Shown: positions 12,330 through 23,949 of the stretch, in pieces
Layout: every line of letters begins with the position of its first letter
How positions within the stretch are numbered: position 1 is the stretch's first letter
From: Atractiella rhizophila
Lineage: Eukaryota
Reading direction: 5' to 3'
DNA: 64,000 nucleotides
Assembly: GCA_021432655.1 (NCBI GenBank)
Contig: MU271349.1
Span: 3,442-67,441 of the forward strand
Translations under genes and position numbers: made by a program
Notes under the pieces: model-generated
What the model was told of the DNA's origin: nothing
What the model saw: only the letters and a program-made list of their open reading frames with translations
The model's database searches: none

Positions 12330-14287
12330 CCTAACCCACAACGACTTATGGAATTGATCCTCTGAGCAATAGTAAGGAGCGGATGTGATTCCGGAGCAAT
12401 CCTTATATAACGACGAGCAGGCAGCTCGGACTACTTAACTTTTAGAAGAAGCACAGGTTACAATAAGGTCCCCTTATGCAAAGTTGATTGAGTTGCAGCC
12501 GCGACAATCTGATCGAAGTCGCGAGGAGGTTGCGCTTGCGCACCTTCGAGGTGGGGGAAAACACGTTGGTGGACAGAACAATCTACGGATGTAGCCCGCT
12601 TCTACTGTCTTTACTATAGCCACCACAACCAGTTCTGAGATGCCATGAAAGCGTCCACAGCGCCAAATCCCAGAATCCCAGGAGATAGCAACATTCACCT
12701 TGCTCAGCTCGAATATTGAGCACTAGTCTCAGCAGTAGTCGCAGCCCCCAAACCAACTTGACCTAATAACCGCCCGGATATGGAGACACGTCGCATCTCC
12801 AAGACCATGGTTAATCACGCAAATTGCGAGCACGCGTTTTATCAGCTTGGAGGAGGAAAGCCTGCCAGTAAATCCATGGACAGGACTGTGTCGGAAGTAC
12901 GTCCTCGTACGCTGGCTTAGCGCCGGACAACCAAGAAGTTCGAGGATCCTCAGAAAGCGCAAATGCAAAGAGACTCAAGTGAGAGCGTCCGGAAGGACGA
13001 AAAGAATCATTAACGGACCGCAAGAACCATTTCTCACATCCTCCATACTCCGAAGAACTCATTTCGGCTCATGAGGTGATACGGTTGCTGAAATCGAAGT
13101 GATCTTCTCTGCATCCTGAACAAAGTCTAGCGAGCAAAGCCCCTGTGGATGCCCGACTGTCACTGATTCGAAAGACCAGCGTACTCCGAGGTGCAACCTT
13201 CCTGGCACCACTTGAACCGGCTCTGGCCGACCCGATCAGGGCTTGAAGCTTCTCCGTTGGGCTTCCAGTAATTTCAGCAATGAAGTCACTTGTGGATTTT
13301 CCGCGGTATGAATCTTACTCCCACATCAGGCATAGAACACCAAATATGCCCACATGAAGACAACTCGACTTGAGAGAATCTCTAACCGGCAATCTAACAA
13401 ATCTGCATCTTTTCCTACAATTTATCCGGCGGAGAGGAAACAACGGCATTCCAGTCACGGCTCTTCATTGGGTATGAAGCGGCCCTAAAGCAGGCGAACG
13501 GCGACAGCTTCATCAATCTCAGAAAATACGCAAGGTAGACTCGGATGCAAGAGAACTGCAATCAATTCCTAGGTGTCCCTCTCGCTCAAACTCCCTTTAC
13601 TGCTAGTTAATGTCTGGTCACCTTGGTAGTCCATGCAAAGTAATAAGAGAGCAAACTAGAGCAGTCATGTTGCAAGAACTGTCTTGTGGTCATCGAACTC
13701 GCAACACTCGCACTTTCATGTATAACCGCTTCCAAACTAAACAATAGAGCACGATACTCACAAAAGGCTCCCCACTATATGAGCTGACCCGCCACTGAGT
13801 TCGTGATCGTCAACCTTGATCATTCAAATTTCTGTACAGAACACTTCGACGTCCCAACCCCGCCGATTCGCTCAACAGAAGCTGGCCTTCAAATGTTACC
13901 CAGGAATTGGTCATGAGCAATTTGAGGCAGCGTCTCGTGGAGGAGATGGGGGACCAGGTCAATGTGAGATGTGAACTTTGTGAACAGCCAGCACGCATGT
14001 TAGTGTAGGGTGTGGAAGAGTCTCAGAAAGCTGTGACCCATTCTGACCAAAACACGGGAAGACACACCAATTTCAAACCGAAATTTCTCCCCCATTACTC
14101 GTTCTCCCCCTTAGCTGTATGGCAGCCTAGTAGTCTAGAGCCAGCACTTTCTACCGCTACCAACCACTTCTCCCACTTGTTCATTACCATGGTAGGTCGA
14201 GTTGAAGTCGGAAGTGTCAAAATTACCATTTAGGGTTAGGTCCGCGAACAGCAGTGAAACAACAAGGCTTCAGCAACCTACCCACCT

Positions 14288-16420
14288 TTGACCCATAATG
14301 TCTCCCTTTCCGCACTGGTACAACTCCACACCCCTGCGTCCGGTTCGCGCACTTCCTCCGTCAGAGGAGCTCCAGTCACTCCCCAAACGATCAACAAGGA
14401 CGCCTTTCCAATGGCTTGCGATGACATGGCAGGGAAGTATGCTACGTTGGCCGTGAAGGCATTTGTAGAGAGGTTCCCACAAGCGCCGAAAGCATTGCCA
14501 CAGCAACAATTGGATCCACCAGATATGTCAGGGCCTGAAAAAGAGCATTACGAAAAATTTGTACGCGCATTACTCTCTCTTGAGTCGAGGAACATTAACG
14601 TAATCAAATGCTGCTTAGGCAACATATATGGCTCCCTTCATCAACCCGCAGTGGAAGTTCCACGTTACGAGCGCGGACGTTGACAGGGATTTCGACGACG
14701 TGGAAGGGGTCCAAGGGGTCAAGCCGGATTTGATCCTCTATGAGGATGGTGGCGAGAAACGTACCGTCATGAAGAAGGCTGGAATGGTCAGCGAATTCAA
14801 AATCACTGATGTGCCTTTTCTCGATGTGGACGGGAAGGTGACAGAGAACAATTCGGATAAAGCCAAGCTAGCGCGTGGCCAACTCATTCTTTACAGCACC
14901 ATTGTTCTCTCTGCCCAACAACGTACGCGGTTGTACTCCTTCTTCGTTCGAAAACATACAACTCGCATTATTTGTCACTCGCGAGCGGGAATGGAAGTGA
15001 GTCCATTGTTCAACTACTTGGAGACCAGCGTTACACGCACGCTTCCGCCGAGGTTCGAGGCTTCGACACGACGATGATCTCTAACTTTCAGCCCGAAGAC
15101 GAGAAGCATGTCATAGAGGCGAGGGAGAAGCTGAAGGTGACAGAAGATAAGCCAATGTTCAAGGTCCTCGTGCAAGGGAAAACATTTTACGTTTCCGAAC
15201 CCTTCATCTTTCGCCACAATCATCCTACTGGACGAGGAACGCGATGCTTCGAAGCATATTACCCTGCCGAAAAACGACTCGTCCTCCTCAAAGATTCGTG
15301 GCGCCATGTGGAATACGCTCCAGAAGGGGAAATCTACGAAAAGTTGCATGCGGCAAAGCTACCAAACATTCTTCCAGTTGTTGCGCACGGCGACGTAGAG
15401 GGGAAGTACCAAAGTGCCGAAGTACTGACTGAGGGCGGCCGAAGGAAATTCATACACTATCGAATCGTTTTGGGCAAGGTGGGACGCCACGCCCAATCGG
15501 CGAGTTTCGGTCTACCTATGAGCTCGTGAAAGGATGTGCGGATGCCTTCGAGGGTATGTGGCTTTGCCTTCTCCAAACTGAAACTGAGTCGTCGTCGCCG
15601 CTGGGTAGCCCACTTTTGCGCCTGGAGAAAACTGAAGATGTTGCACCGAGATGTCTCTTCAGGAAACATTATTCTTGGTCCCATCGACGAAGAGCCGCAG
15701 GGATATTTGATTGATTGGGAATTTGCGAAGGAGCAAAGCGTCGAAATGAAGTCCCGAGAACGAACGGTTCGTGTTTTGGTGATGAGATTCGAGCGATCAA
15801 TAACTAGAGAGCAGGGGACTTATGAGTTCATGTCTGTCCGACTCTTGCAAGCACTTCTGTCCGACGAGAAGATCCAACACGAGCCCAGCGACGACATCGA
15901 ATCGTTCATTTACGTTCTGGCATGGACAGCTATCCAGCATGCCGTTAGCGGAATGGACGTCGCCACCCGCAGGAGACGCCTGAACTACTTCATGAGACAG
16001 CCTGGCAAAGGCGCGCAGGAGACAATCGAACAACGAAGTGGAATCATAACGCGCGGAGCAGACGAGCTTCGCTTGAGCACGGTCCAACTTGCGACATTAC
16101 TGCACACTCTCTTCAGTGACCTTGCTTATCGTTTAGTTCCCCGCAAAATGGTGGTGGGCCGCCTTTTAGATGGCACTGAGGACGAACCAAATGCTCTGGA
16201 GAAGGCTGACCTGAAAGCTGACGAGAGAATCGGTCGAATGGCCAGGCACGACTTAATGCGAAAGCAGCTGAGAGACGCCGTTGCGGATGAAGAATGGAGA
16301 AAATGTGTGCAGGATCCCGCCGCGCAACCTTTGAAACACAAGAGGAAGCTTGAAGGTGGCGCAATGAGTTCAGGGGCGAAGAGGCAGAGAAATTTGCGAT
16401 CTCAGTCAGGCACCACTTAA
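14288..16420 (+). pseudogene. Fungal-type protein kinase (FunK1/Pkinase_fungal) with two apparent frameshifts
   Basis: KPDLILY, ARGQLILY, GRGTRCF, LLKDSWR, EGEIY, HRDVSSGNI, LIDWEFA, GTYEFMS, HEPSDDIESFIYVL. Frame breaks at ~15028 and at a 5-bp ACGCC duplication (15484-15493). True start uncertain. Confidence 0.85.
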
Positions 16421-16708
16421 TAACGTTCAGTATTTCTAATGATGGGGTATTTCACCCTCGCCGTATCATAATCATGTCCAGTTTGCAGCTTTCAGCCTCA
16501 CATCCCCAGACTTTGTTGGTCATAATCCACCTGAGCTTATGAGGATTTTGGAAGCGTTCAATGAAAATAGGATTCAATGTACTACAATTCAACATTGTCA
16601 TCCTGCATGTAGTCATGACGCAGAGGCGATAAAAGAGGAACTAACGATCAAGGAATAATCATAAGTGGTAACAGAATCCAACTAGCTGGTCGTCGATTCT
16701 GGACCTTC

Positions 16709-17907
16709 ATATCACGTGCCAAGAACACCATATCGTCGTCCAATTCCAATTCATTGGTTGTGTTGACCCCAGGTAGGAGGAGCCCAGTAACCTGGAAAAA
16801 ATGCTCATGTTACTCAAAGCTCGATGACTTCTACGTTCAAGACAGCACCAAGTGTTTTCCTTCCAGCTCTTCAAAACGATCTCAGCTTTGACATCTCGAG
16901 GACGTTGAAGCAGTTGAATACCAGTATCCAATGCGGATTAGAGGACTTCGAGCGAAAATACACCTTAGACTGGCTCACCCTACTGATTTCCCGTTTGCTA
17001 GAAGACCATGAAATGGCGGAGGAAACGAGAGAAAGCCTTGTTGCTAAAAGCTCCTCTCTTGTGAGTTACCTCTCAGGCCCATCGGGTACGCCACCTATTT
17101 ACTCATCGACACTGTTGCTGACCATTTGGAAAGCTCGTGGGGCACAGCGTAGTCAATTTACTTACACGTCTCCCAACGGCGAGGAAGTGAACATAGACAT
17201 ACGCTCTGGGACCCTTGTAGGCGGATCATTAGGTAAAACTACCTTCTTGTCTGCTCGACGGAGAAAGAAAATCTGAACATTGATGCCTCAGGACCAGCAC
17301 TGAAAATTTTCGTCGTTTTATATCACGTGCCCACTCAAGAACGCTTTTCCAAGTTCGATCCATATCGTCGTCTAATTTATTGGTTTTGACCCCAGGTAGG
17401 AGCCCAGTAACCTGGAAAAAATCGAAGCTCGATGACTTCTACGTTCAACACCGCACCAAGTGTTTTCCTTCCAGCTCTTCAAAACGAGCTCAGCTTTGAC
17501 ATCTCGAGGACGTTGCAGCAGTTGAATACCAGTATCCAATGCAGATTAGATGACTTCGAGCGAAAATACACCTTAGACTGGCTCACCCTACTGATTTCCC
17601 GTTTGCTAGAAGACCATGAAATGGCTGAGGAAATGAGAGAAAGCCTCGTTGCTGAAAGTTCCTCTCTTGTGAGTTACCTCTCAGGCCCATCGGGTACGAC
17701 ACCTATTTACTCATCGACACCCGTTGCTGACCATTTGGAAAGCTCGTGGGGCACAGTGCAGGCAATTTACTTACACGTTTCCCAACGGCGAGGCAGTGAG
17801 TATAGACATACGCTCAGGCACCTTAGTAGGCGGATCATTAGGTAAGACTGACTTCTTGTGTGCTCGAAGGAAAAAAGAAAATTTGAACATTGATGCCTCA
17901 GGGACCA
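16709..17907. repeat. Tandem duplication (~0.6 kb) of the methyltransferase promoter and 5' exons (16709-17296 vs 17320-17907)
   Basis: Both copies begin atatcacgtgcc and end tgatgcctcagg(g)acca; ORFs 16824 and 17432 are near-identical. Confidence 0.9.
16824..17296 (+). pseudogene. 3'-truncated copy of the family-16 methyltransferase
   Basis: Exons 1-2 only; ends before the SAM-binding VLELGSG motif. Confidence 0.8.
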
Positions 17908-18551
17908 TCACGTGGAGTTCAGCACCGTTACTCGCCCACATGCTCGTCTCGAATCCTCAAAAATTCTTTTCCTCTCCGTCGAATAAGTCTCTTCGAGTTT
18001 TAGAATTAGGTAGCGGAACTGGATTGGTTGGTCTTACCGCTGCCAAAATTCTACGCCAGTGGTTGCAACGACAGCGAAACGCACAAGCTGCTATCAACCC
18101 CGAAGACCTTGTGGTTCTTTCAGATTTCGATCCAAACGTCCTAGAAAATTTACAACATAATCTTGAGGTCAACTTCCCTGATACCAGAGATGGCGTGACC
18201 GTTAGAATCATGGACCTCAGCTGGAATCTCTTTCTTCCTGACAGCTTCATCCGAGCCCCATCTCTTACACCTTTTTCCATTTTACTAGCAGCGGACATCA
18301 TGTACGATCCGGATCAAGTTCCGGCTGTTTATCACACCGTTCTTCGACTACTTTCTAAGCCTGATGGGATCTTTCATCTCGTCATCCCACTAAGGGAGAC
18401 GCACAGATGGGAAATCGCCAACATCGAGGAGTCATTTGACAAAGGAACGGACGGACTGAAGATCTTGAGAAAAGAGGAGCTTTGGGGTGATGACGAGTTT
18501 GGGGATGGAGAGGAAAAGCGTCACAGATATTTTCAGATTGGTTGGGCATGA
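17432..18551 (+). CDS. Protein-lysine methyltransferase, Methyltransf_16 (METTL21/Efm-like); introns ~17694-17742 and 17842-17901
   Basis: GSLG|TITWSSAPLLA, RVLELGSGTGLVGL (motif I), VVLSDFDPNVLENL (post-I), ILLAADIMYD (DxxY motif II). Confidence 0.88.
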
Positions 18552-18582
18552 TGATACACGTTTAACACCTCATTATTCAATA

Positions 18583-20975
18583 TCATTCTGTCGGCAAGAT
18601 CGTCGCAGGCCCTCTCTTCTCTACGCCCTTTGATAATTTGCTGCTTCAGCACAAGAACAAGAAAATTATAATGAAAGGCACACGTTTTCATTCCAGATGA
18701 CGAAAGCTTCCAGTTCCGTCGTCCCAAACTTGATACCGACTTCAAACTGTACGTTGTAGTACGACTTTTGTCCGATACCTTGTTTCAACAAAAGGTACGC
18801 TCTCAGGGCTGATAAATCTGCATGGATGGTAGCTATCTGCCTGAACTCGCTCGACAGGTGTCCTAAGCTCTCAATTCAGACTACATCTTAACGATGATCA
18901 AATACTTGCCATTCAAGTCCTGCATCCATTCGGGTGAACTGAGAGCGTCACAGCAGTACAAGTTCGTAGTGAAATCATCTAGATCTGAAAGGGTTCCTAT
19001 TGGTCGCTTATATTTGCTCTTGACTACCTCGTCAACACCGAACAATCGATTCTGAACTCCGCCATTTATCACGACGTGTATGGTTACGTTTAATGAGTCA
19101 CCTTAGAAGCAATGCAACTCCAATATCCCACGATAATTTGCTCTCCAGTGCAAGGATGAGGAAACTGGGAGCACGTGTATTCGACATGATCATGTCAGGA
19201 ACTGGGCACGCACGCTGAGGTGTTTCCTAGTTCTGTGTGAAATTAGAGTCTCGTCGTACACCTGGTGCACCAGAGTACCGAAGTTGGAGGTGGATGTTCG
19301 ATGAGATACGAGATATTTGGACGAAAAAAGGGATAGTCCTTCGACAACTGCCTTTTTTCTGCAATCGTCTCAATAAATGGTATCACTGAATTTTTGGCTT
19401 ACGCTGGTTCGTCGGCTGCTATAACCTGGATTCCTATGCCCTCGAAGACGTCCTTGATCTTTCGGCGAAGGTACACCGATTCACCAAAGCCTGGTCGTGT
19501 TTCAGTTAAGGATGCTAGTGATAAGAATAAAATGAATACCTCCTACTAGCAGAATACACTAGTTCTCATGATCAGCTACATTTCATTTGATGAAGAAGCG
19601 TACCTTCGAACTGGCGTTTGATCTATGAACCTGCGAGTGCAGGCTGCTGATGATAATGTCTATGCATCCTCTGAACGCTTCCTGCAATAATTCTCTTACG
19701 AAGCAAATGCATAAACTGATGAACAGAGTGCAAATCTGAAAAGCGCACTGGTCGACCGTCAACCTGCCTCGTCGGATTCCAAAATCCAAATCATTATCTC
19801 GATGACTTCCGAAAGAAATAAGTTCCGACTGGTTTTGATCATGCCCGCAGAATAAAGGCTTGGTGTGTTGCTCGAAGTATGCCATCATGGAGGCAATGTC
19901 TGCATCCGAGCTGAACTTGGAACCAGCAACCTTGGTCCTCAAAAGTTCTTCCATTGCCTTGTTGACAAAGATACTGCCAGCAAGTGTACAACTAGATGCC
20001 GTGGACTCCTCAACACGCAGGCGCGGTGAAACCTCCTTGACACAGTAGGTTGTAATATCGACCGTGGAACCACCAGCATCACCTACTGAACTTTGCGTTG
20101 TTACTTATGACATGGACATTGAACTCACAGACAGTAAAAGATAGACCAGGCTGTGATACATTTGGTCAATGGAACTAAAAAAGGGAGGGAAATTACCTTC
20201 AACCAATCTTGGGACTCTGTGTGTTTCAGAACGAAGTGCAAGCTGGCTTCCGCTTCTGTGCAGAAGGACACTCGCTTGTGTGAATCTGTTGAAGTGATCG
20301 ACAGACGGCATGCATTCAGAGCAGCTTCCCTCAGAAAGGCTTGTTCCTTGATTCCCCAACCATTCGGATGCGCAATGATGAGCTTCGCTGATGTGGAGAG
20401 TTTGTCCCAGACTACAGCACCGTCATGTGTTGTTTCCACAAAGTAAGACATCGTGCTGTCAATAAGGTACGAAATAAAGTCAGAGTAGATTGCACCAAGT
20501 TGAACATTTGGTAATGGTGGGACTTCGAAGCTCGTGGCAGTCGACACCACGGAAGTGCTTAATTTCCCTCCCAGGTGCGTCAGAAACTTGAAGACGGTTT
20601 TGAGAGGTGACCCTGGAGTCACGAGCCGCTTCTGAGGGTGGAGATGGAGCTTGAAAAGCTGAACGTAGTTCCAATCGTGTTCTGTAGGAACTTTAGCAAC
20701 AGTAAATGACTCCCCATGTCAAACCGACCTTCGGCTTTCTCTTTTATATGCTCTGTTTGAGCTTCCGCGCCAATAGCTCTCACAGCACCGTTCTTATCGT
20801 ACCAAGCAACTGAAGGGAATTTTGAAGCCTTTGTGCCCTTGAACTTCTGTACAACTTGATTGCGAGGCGCTTGTTTCGGAATGAGGTGTGCGAAAGAAGC
20901 ACCGCAGTAGGTTGTGCCAATATCGAGACAGATGAATAACTTCTCCTCGCCATCGTAAATCAATTCATTCGCCAT
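18583..20975 (-). CDS. Atypical Hsp70 (HSPA12-type actin-like ATPase), copy A, multi-exon
   Basis: ICLDIGTTYCGASF, SKFPSVAWYD, QLFKLHLHP, IAHPNGWG, CTEAEASLHF, GDAGGSTVDITTY, AGSIFVN, LVGGFGESVYL, C-terminal FGTTELEAFVIWNEN|GVEKRGPATILPTE*; no EEVD tail. Confidence 0.88.
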
Positions 20976-21376
20976 GGTGATGCGAAAAAGGATATCCAGG
21001 GCGTCGAGGCAGCTTAACCGTCAACGCGAAGGAGCAGTCTGATCGTGTGCGCGACTAAGTTCGAGCAACGCGGGCTACGCAAACGATATTGTAAGCACCG
21101 CAGTCGACGTGACCATCGCATCTGGCCTCACAAATCACACCAAGTCCGTATGTATCAGCTCCATTCCACCCGTGTGATTTATGTTGAAGGATCTCGCTAA
21201 AAGCTTTGTGAATGTTCTATGGGGTCTACGAGATTCTAAAAGGTTGAGCTCTAGCGAAGTGTAAGTAGTCTAGCCTCTGCACAATAGTACTTTTGATAGA
21301 AAGGCACAGTTCGGCGGAAGAATCAGCTACTATGTTACGAGTGTGAGCAATTTATGGTTTGTAGGACAGCGCTTTG

Positions 21377-22753
21377 ATGAAAAGCCAAAGGTCTGGCGCA
21401 GATTCAGGGGTCATGTCCAACATCACAGTCGAGGCTGCTACGAAGCCTCCCGCTTCGGCTGTGTCGATGCGTGACGAGGAGATCATAGTAAATCAGGGCA
21501 GCGGCGAAATGCGGTCCTCTAAAGTCGACCAGAGCCTCGAAGTCAGCGAGGCAACAGTGGGGATAATTTGTTCGGGGCTCACTCGACTTGACGACTCTTC
21601 GGTGAATGATGGCAGCGACAACATCGCATCTTCTGTCAAATCCATGATTTCCCACTTTGGAGTAGTGAGCGAAGAAAACGAAGTGCTCAGAGTGAGAAAT
21701 ACAGAACTCGAGACGCACATACAGGCGCTTCGACGGGAGGTCCAATACTTCCAAACGCAGGCCGAGAAACTGCAACTTCAGCTCCAAACCTCACAACAGC
21801 AATACGATGTTTTGCAGAGAGACTTCTCTGCCACACGTAGTTTCGGGACTTTGGCCGAAACAGCTGATGTGAACTCTTTGGCTACTCTCGTGGGTCGCCT
21901 AAATCGAAGCATAGAAGACATTGCAGCTCGTATAGCAGACGAAATTCCTTCCGCAATACAAGATACACCATTATCTCTTATTTCTGACCAGCTGGTTCAA
22001 GTCCTGAAAACAGATCAACAACAGATGAGGCTTTTGTCCGCCTTTCAGGAGAAGAATGCATCTTGTGGAGAATTTTTCGAATTTAGTCTGAGAATCATCC
22101 TCCTCAACTCGATTTCCGAATTCATTTTCCAGCCTTTCAGAGCAGGGATAATCCCGGAGCGCTTGGTGGAGCTCGAAGCCATTCACTCTCAAATACGAAA
22201 ATCAGGTTTGTTCTACTTAACATTTCCAGTGAAAGCTCAACGTAATGGAGCTGTAGTCCCGCAAGCTTACGCTTCTAGATGGAGATCCCTGACTTACAGT
22301 CATCTGCGAAGCGACCTGACAGAAAGGGACCTCATACAAAGTCTTGCTACTACTTTTACCGACACCATGGGTCAATTGTTCCAATCTTGTTTCATGTCTG
22401 GCATGGACACCAACGATAATCTCGTCTCGTGCACCGTCGCGGTCAAGAAGAGCAGAGGAAAAGTGGAAAGCCTGATTCTAAAGGCGCTGACCATCCAACA
22501 TCAAATTCAAACTGCCTATCTCAGCGACGATCTTCACGTGTACTACGATCCCACTCCAACCAAGTTCGATGGGAAGCGTATGACTTCCACTGAACGATCC
22601 CGTAGCAAACACAATCGGCGACCGGGCGTTGTAGCTGTTCTTGGATTTGGTCTAGTCTCATCCAGTGCGATAGAGGTCAACAAGAAGATTGAAAGGACTC
22701 CGGAGGAGGTTCATCTGAAATTTCCAGTTCTGTTGTACGAAGCGGCCAACTAA
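21377..22753 (+). CDS. Coiled-coil protein with putative GrpE-head-like C-terminal domain, copy A (probable in-frame 51-nt intron 22206-22256)
   Basis: Heptad region (EENEVLRVRNTELETHIQALRREVQ...), helical middle with RWRSLTY, C-terminal FDGKRM...VVAVLGFGL...VHLKFPVLL. Confidence 0.75.
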   Translation: MKSQRSGADSGVMSNITVEAATKPPASAVSMRDEEIIVNQGSGEMRSSKVDQSLEVSEATVGIICSGLTRLDDSSVNDGSDNIASSVKSMISHFGVVSEENEVLRVRNTELETHIQALRREVQYFQTQAEKLQLQLQTSQQQYDVLQRDFSATRSFGTLAETADVNSLATLVGRLNRSIEDIAARIADEIPSAIQDTPLSLISDQLVQVLKTDQQQMRLLSAFQEKNASCGEFFEFSLRIILLNSISEFIFQPFRAGIIPERLVELEAIHSQIRKSGLFYLTFPVKAQRNGAVVPQAYASRWRSLTYSHLRSDLTERDLIQSLATTFTDTMGQLFQSCFMSGMDTNDNLVSCTVAVKKSRGKVESLILKALTIQHQIQTAYLSDDLHVYYDPTPTKFDGKRMTSTERSRSKHNRRPGVVAVLGFGLVSSSAIEVNKKIERTPEEVHLKFPVLLYEAAN

Positions 22754-23949
22754 CTTTTTCTCATGGTCACGAGGGTTAAGCAATAACGCTGGAGTAGCCC
22801 CAGCACTTGTATAAGTCTCCCAATTTGTAACTCGTGCGTACCCAATCAGGATGTAAAGAATAGTAAATTACGACGCAACCGCTAATCAGCTTTCCGTCTT
22901 CCCGGGTAGAATTTCTGTCCCATGGAGGCAGGTTCAGGTAATTGTCACTGCCTAGGGAACAGGCCTTTGGACACTAAACGTTGAATTGTGCTTTAAAGCT
23001 CAGCAAGATCTCGACGCCCCCTGATGACGCGAAATCCTGCTGCCCAGACTTGACATGTAGGAAGCGACGAGAAGAGATGCGGTCTTTGGAAAATAGCAGA
23101 CGTTGAGATTATGGAGACATAGGTTCCGAAATTCCAAAATCACTACAGGAATGATGGATCAAAGTTCATGATGGCCATACCCCCCAACCCAATGACCCGA
23201 GGTAGCGCGGGATTCTGTGGCTTGGCTTCTCTTTGGCTTCTATTGATAGTGAAAGAGCAAATCCACACAAACAATTGGGTGCATTGGGTAGGGACACCCT
23301 GGAAGATAGGAGGCTGCGAGCGTGCGCGTTGAAGAATGAAGTAAACTGAAGTTGGGATGTCACAGTGGAAAGAGATAGCGTGGATGCATGGAGCCCAGCC
23401 CACAATTCAACAGGACGACATACCAAAAACCCCCTTGTCCTTCCCCTCCAGCAGCTAGCTCTAGACTCACCCAATGTTGCTGTGAACCGCTTGAGTGGAA
23501 TCATGCCCATGTCTCAGTCGCAGGCAGAGTACTCTAGACCTGACTGACGTGGTTGATACAGTAATACCATCTTCATCTTCGCAGACGGACTATGACGTCG
23601 AGTTCGTTCTTGTCGTTCGCACAACGCAAAACAAACACCGCGTACGAATCGTGACCAACGCAATCAACGCTGCTTGGCTTCGATAATGCTTCCTTGATGG
23701 CTTTGGTCAAGGGGATGACAACAGTATTAGCCGGCGGCAAGACACTCTTTCTCCGAAGGGGGACAAGGGGGACAATTGAGTCGTTTAGCGCAAAATTTTT
23801 TGCAACTTCGAAAAATTTTAGGTTCCCACCACATCCCATAACCCTAAACTACAAGCTTGTGAAAGGTCCCCGCACACGACTGAGCTCAGCACGCGCTGCG
23901 AAATGATGTCAGCTTTGTGTCGAAAGAGTTTCTGATACTCACAACTAAG

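Noticed and set aside
12450..14250. Short ORFs between the small Zn-cluster gene and the kinase; possible transposon relic
   Set aside because: No transposase/RT motifs, TIRs or LTRs recognised and no coherent spliced model.
23143..23550. TGRHT peptide shared by ORFs at 14012 and 23365
   Set aside because: Too short with no extended similarity; probably chance.
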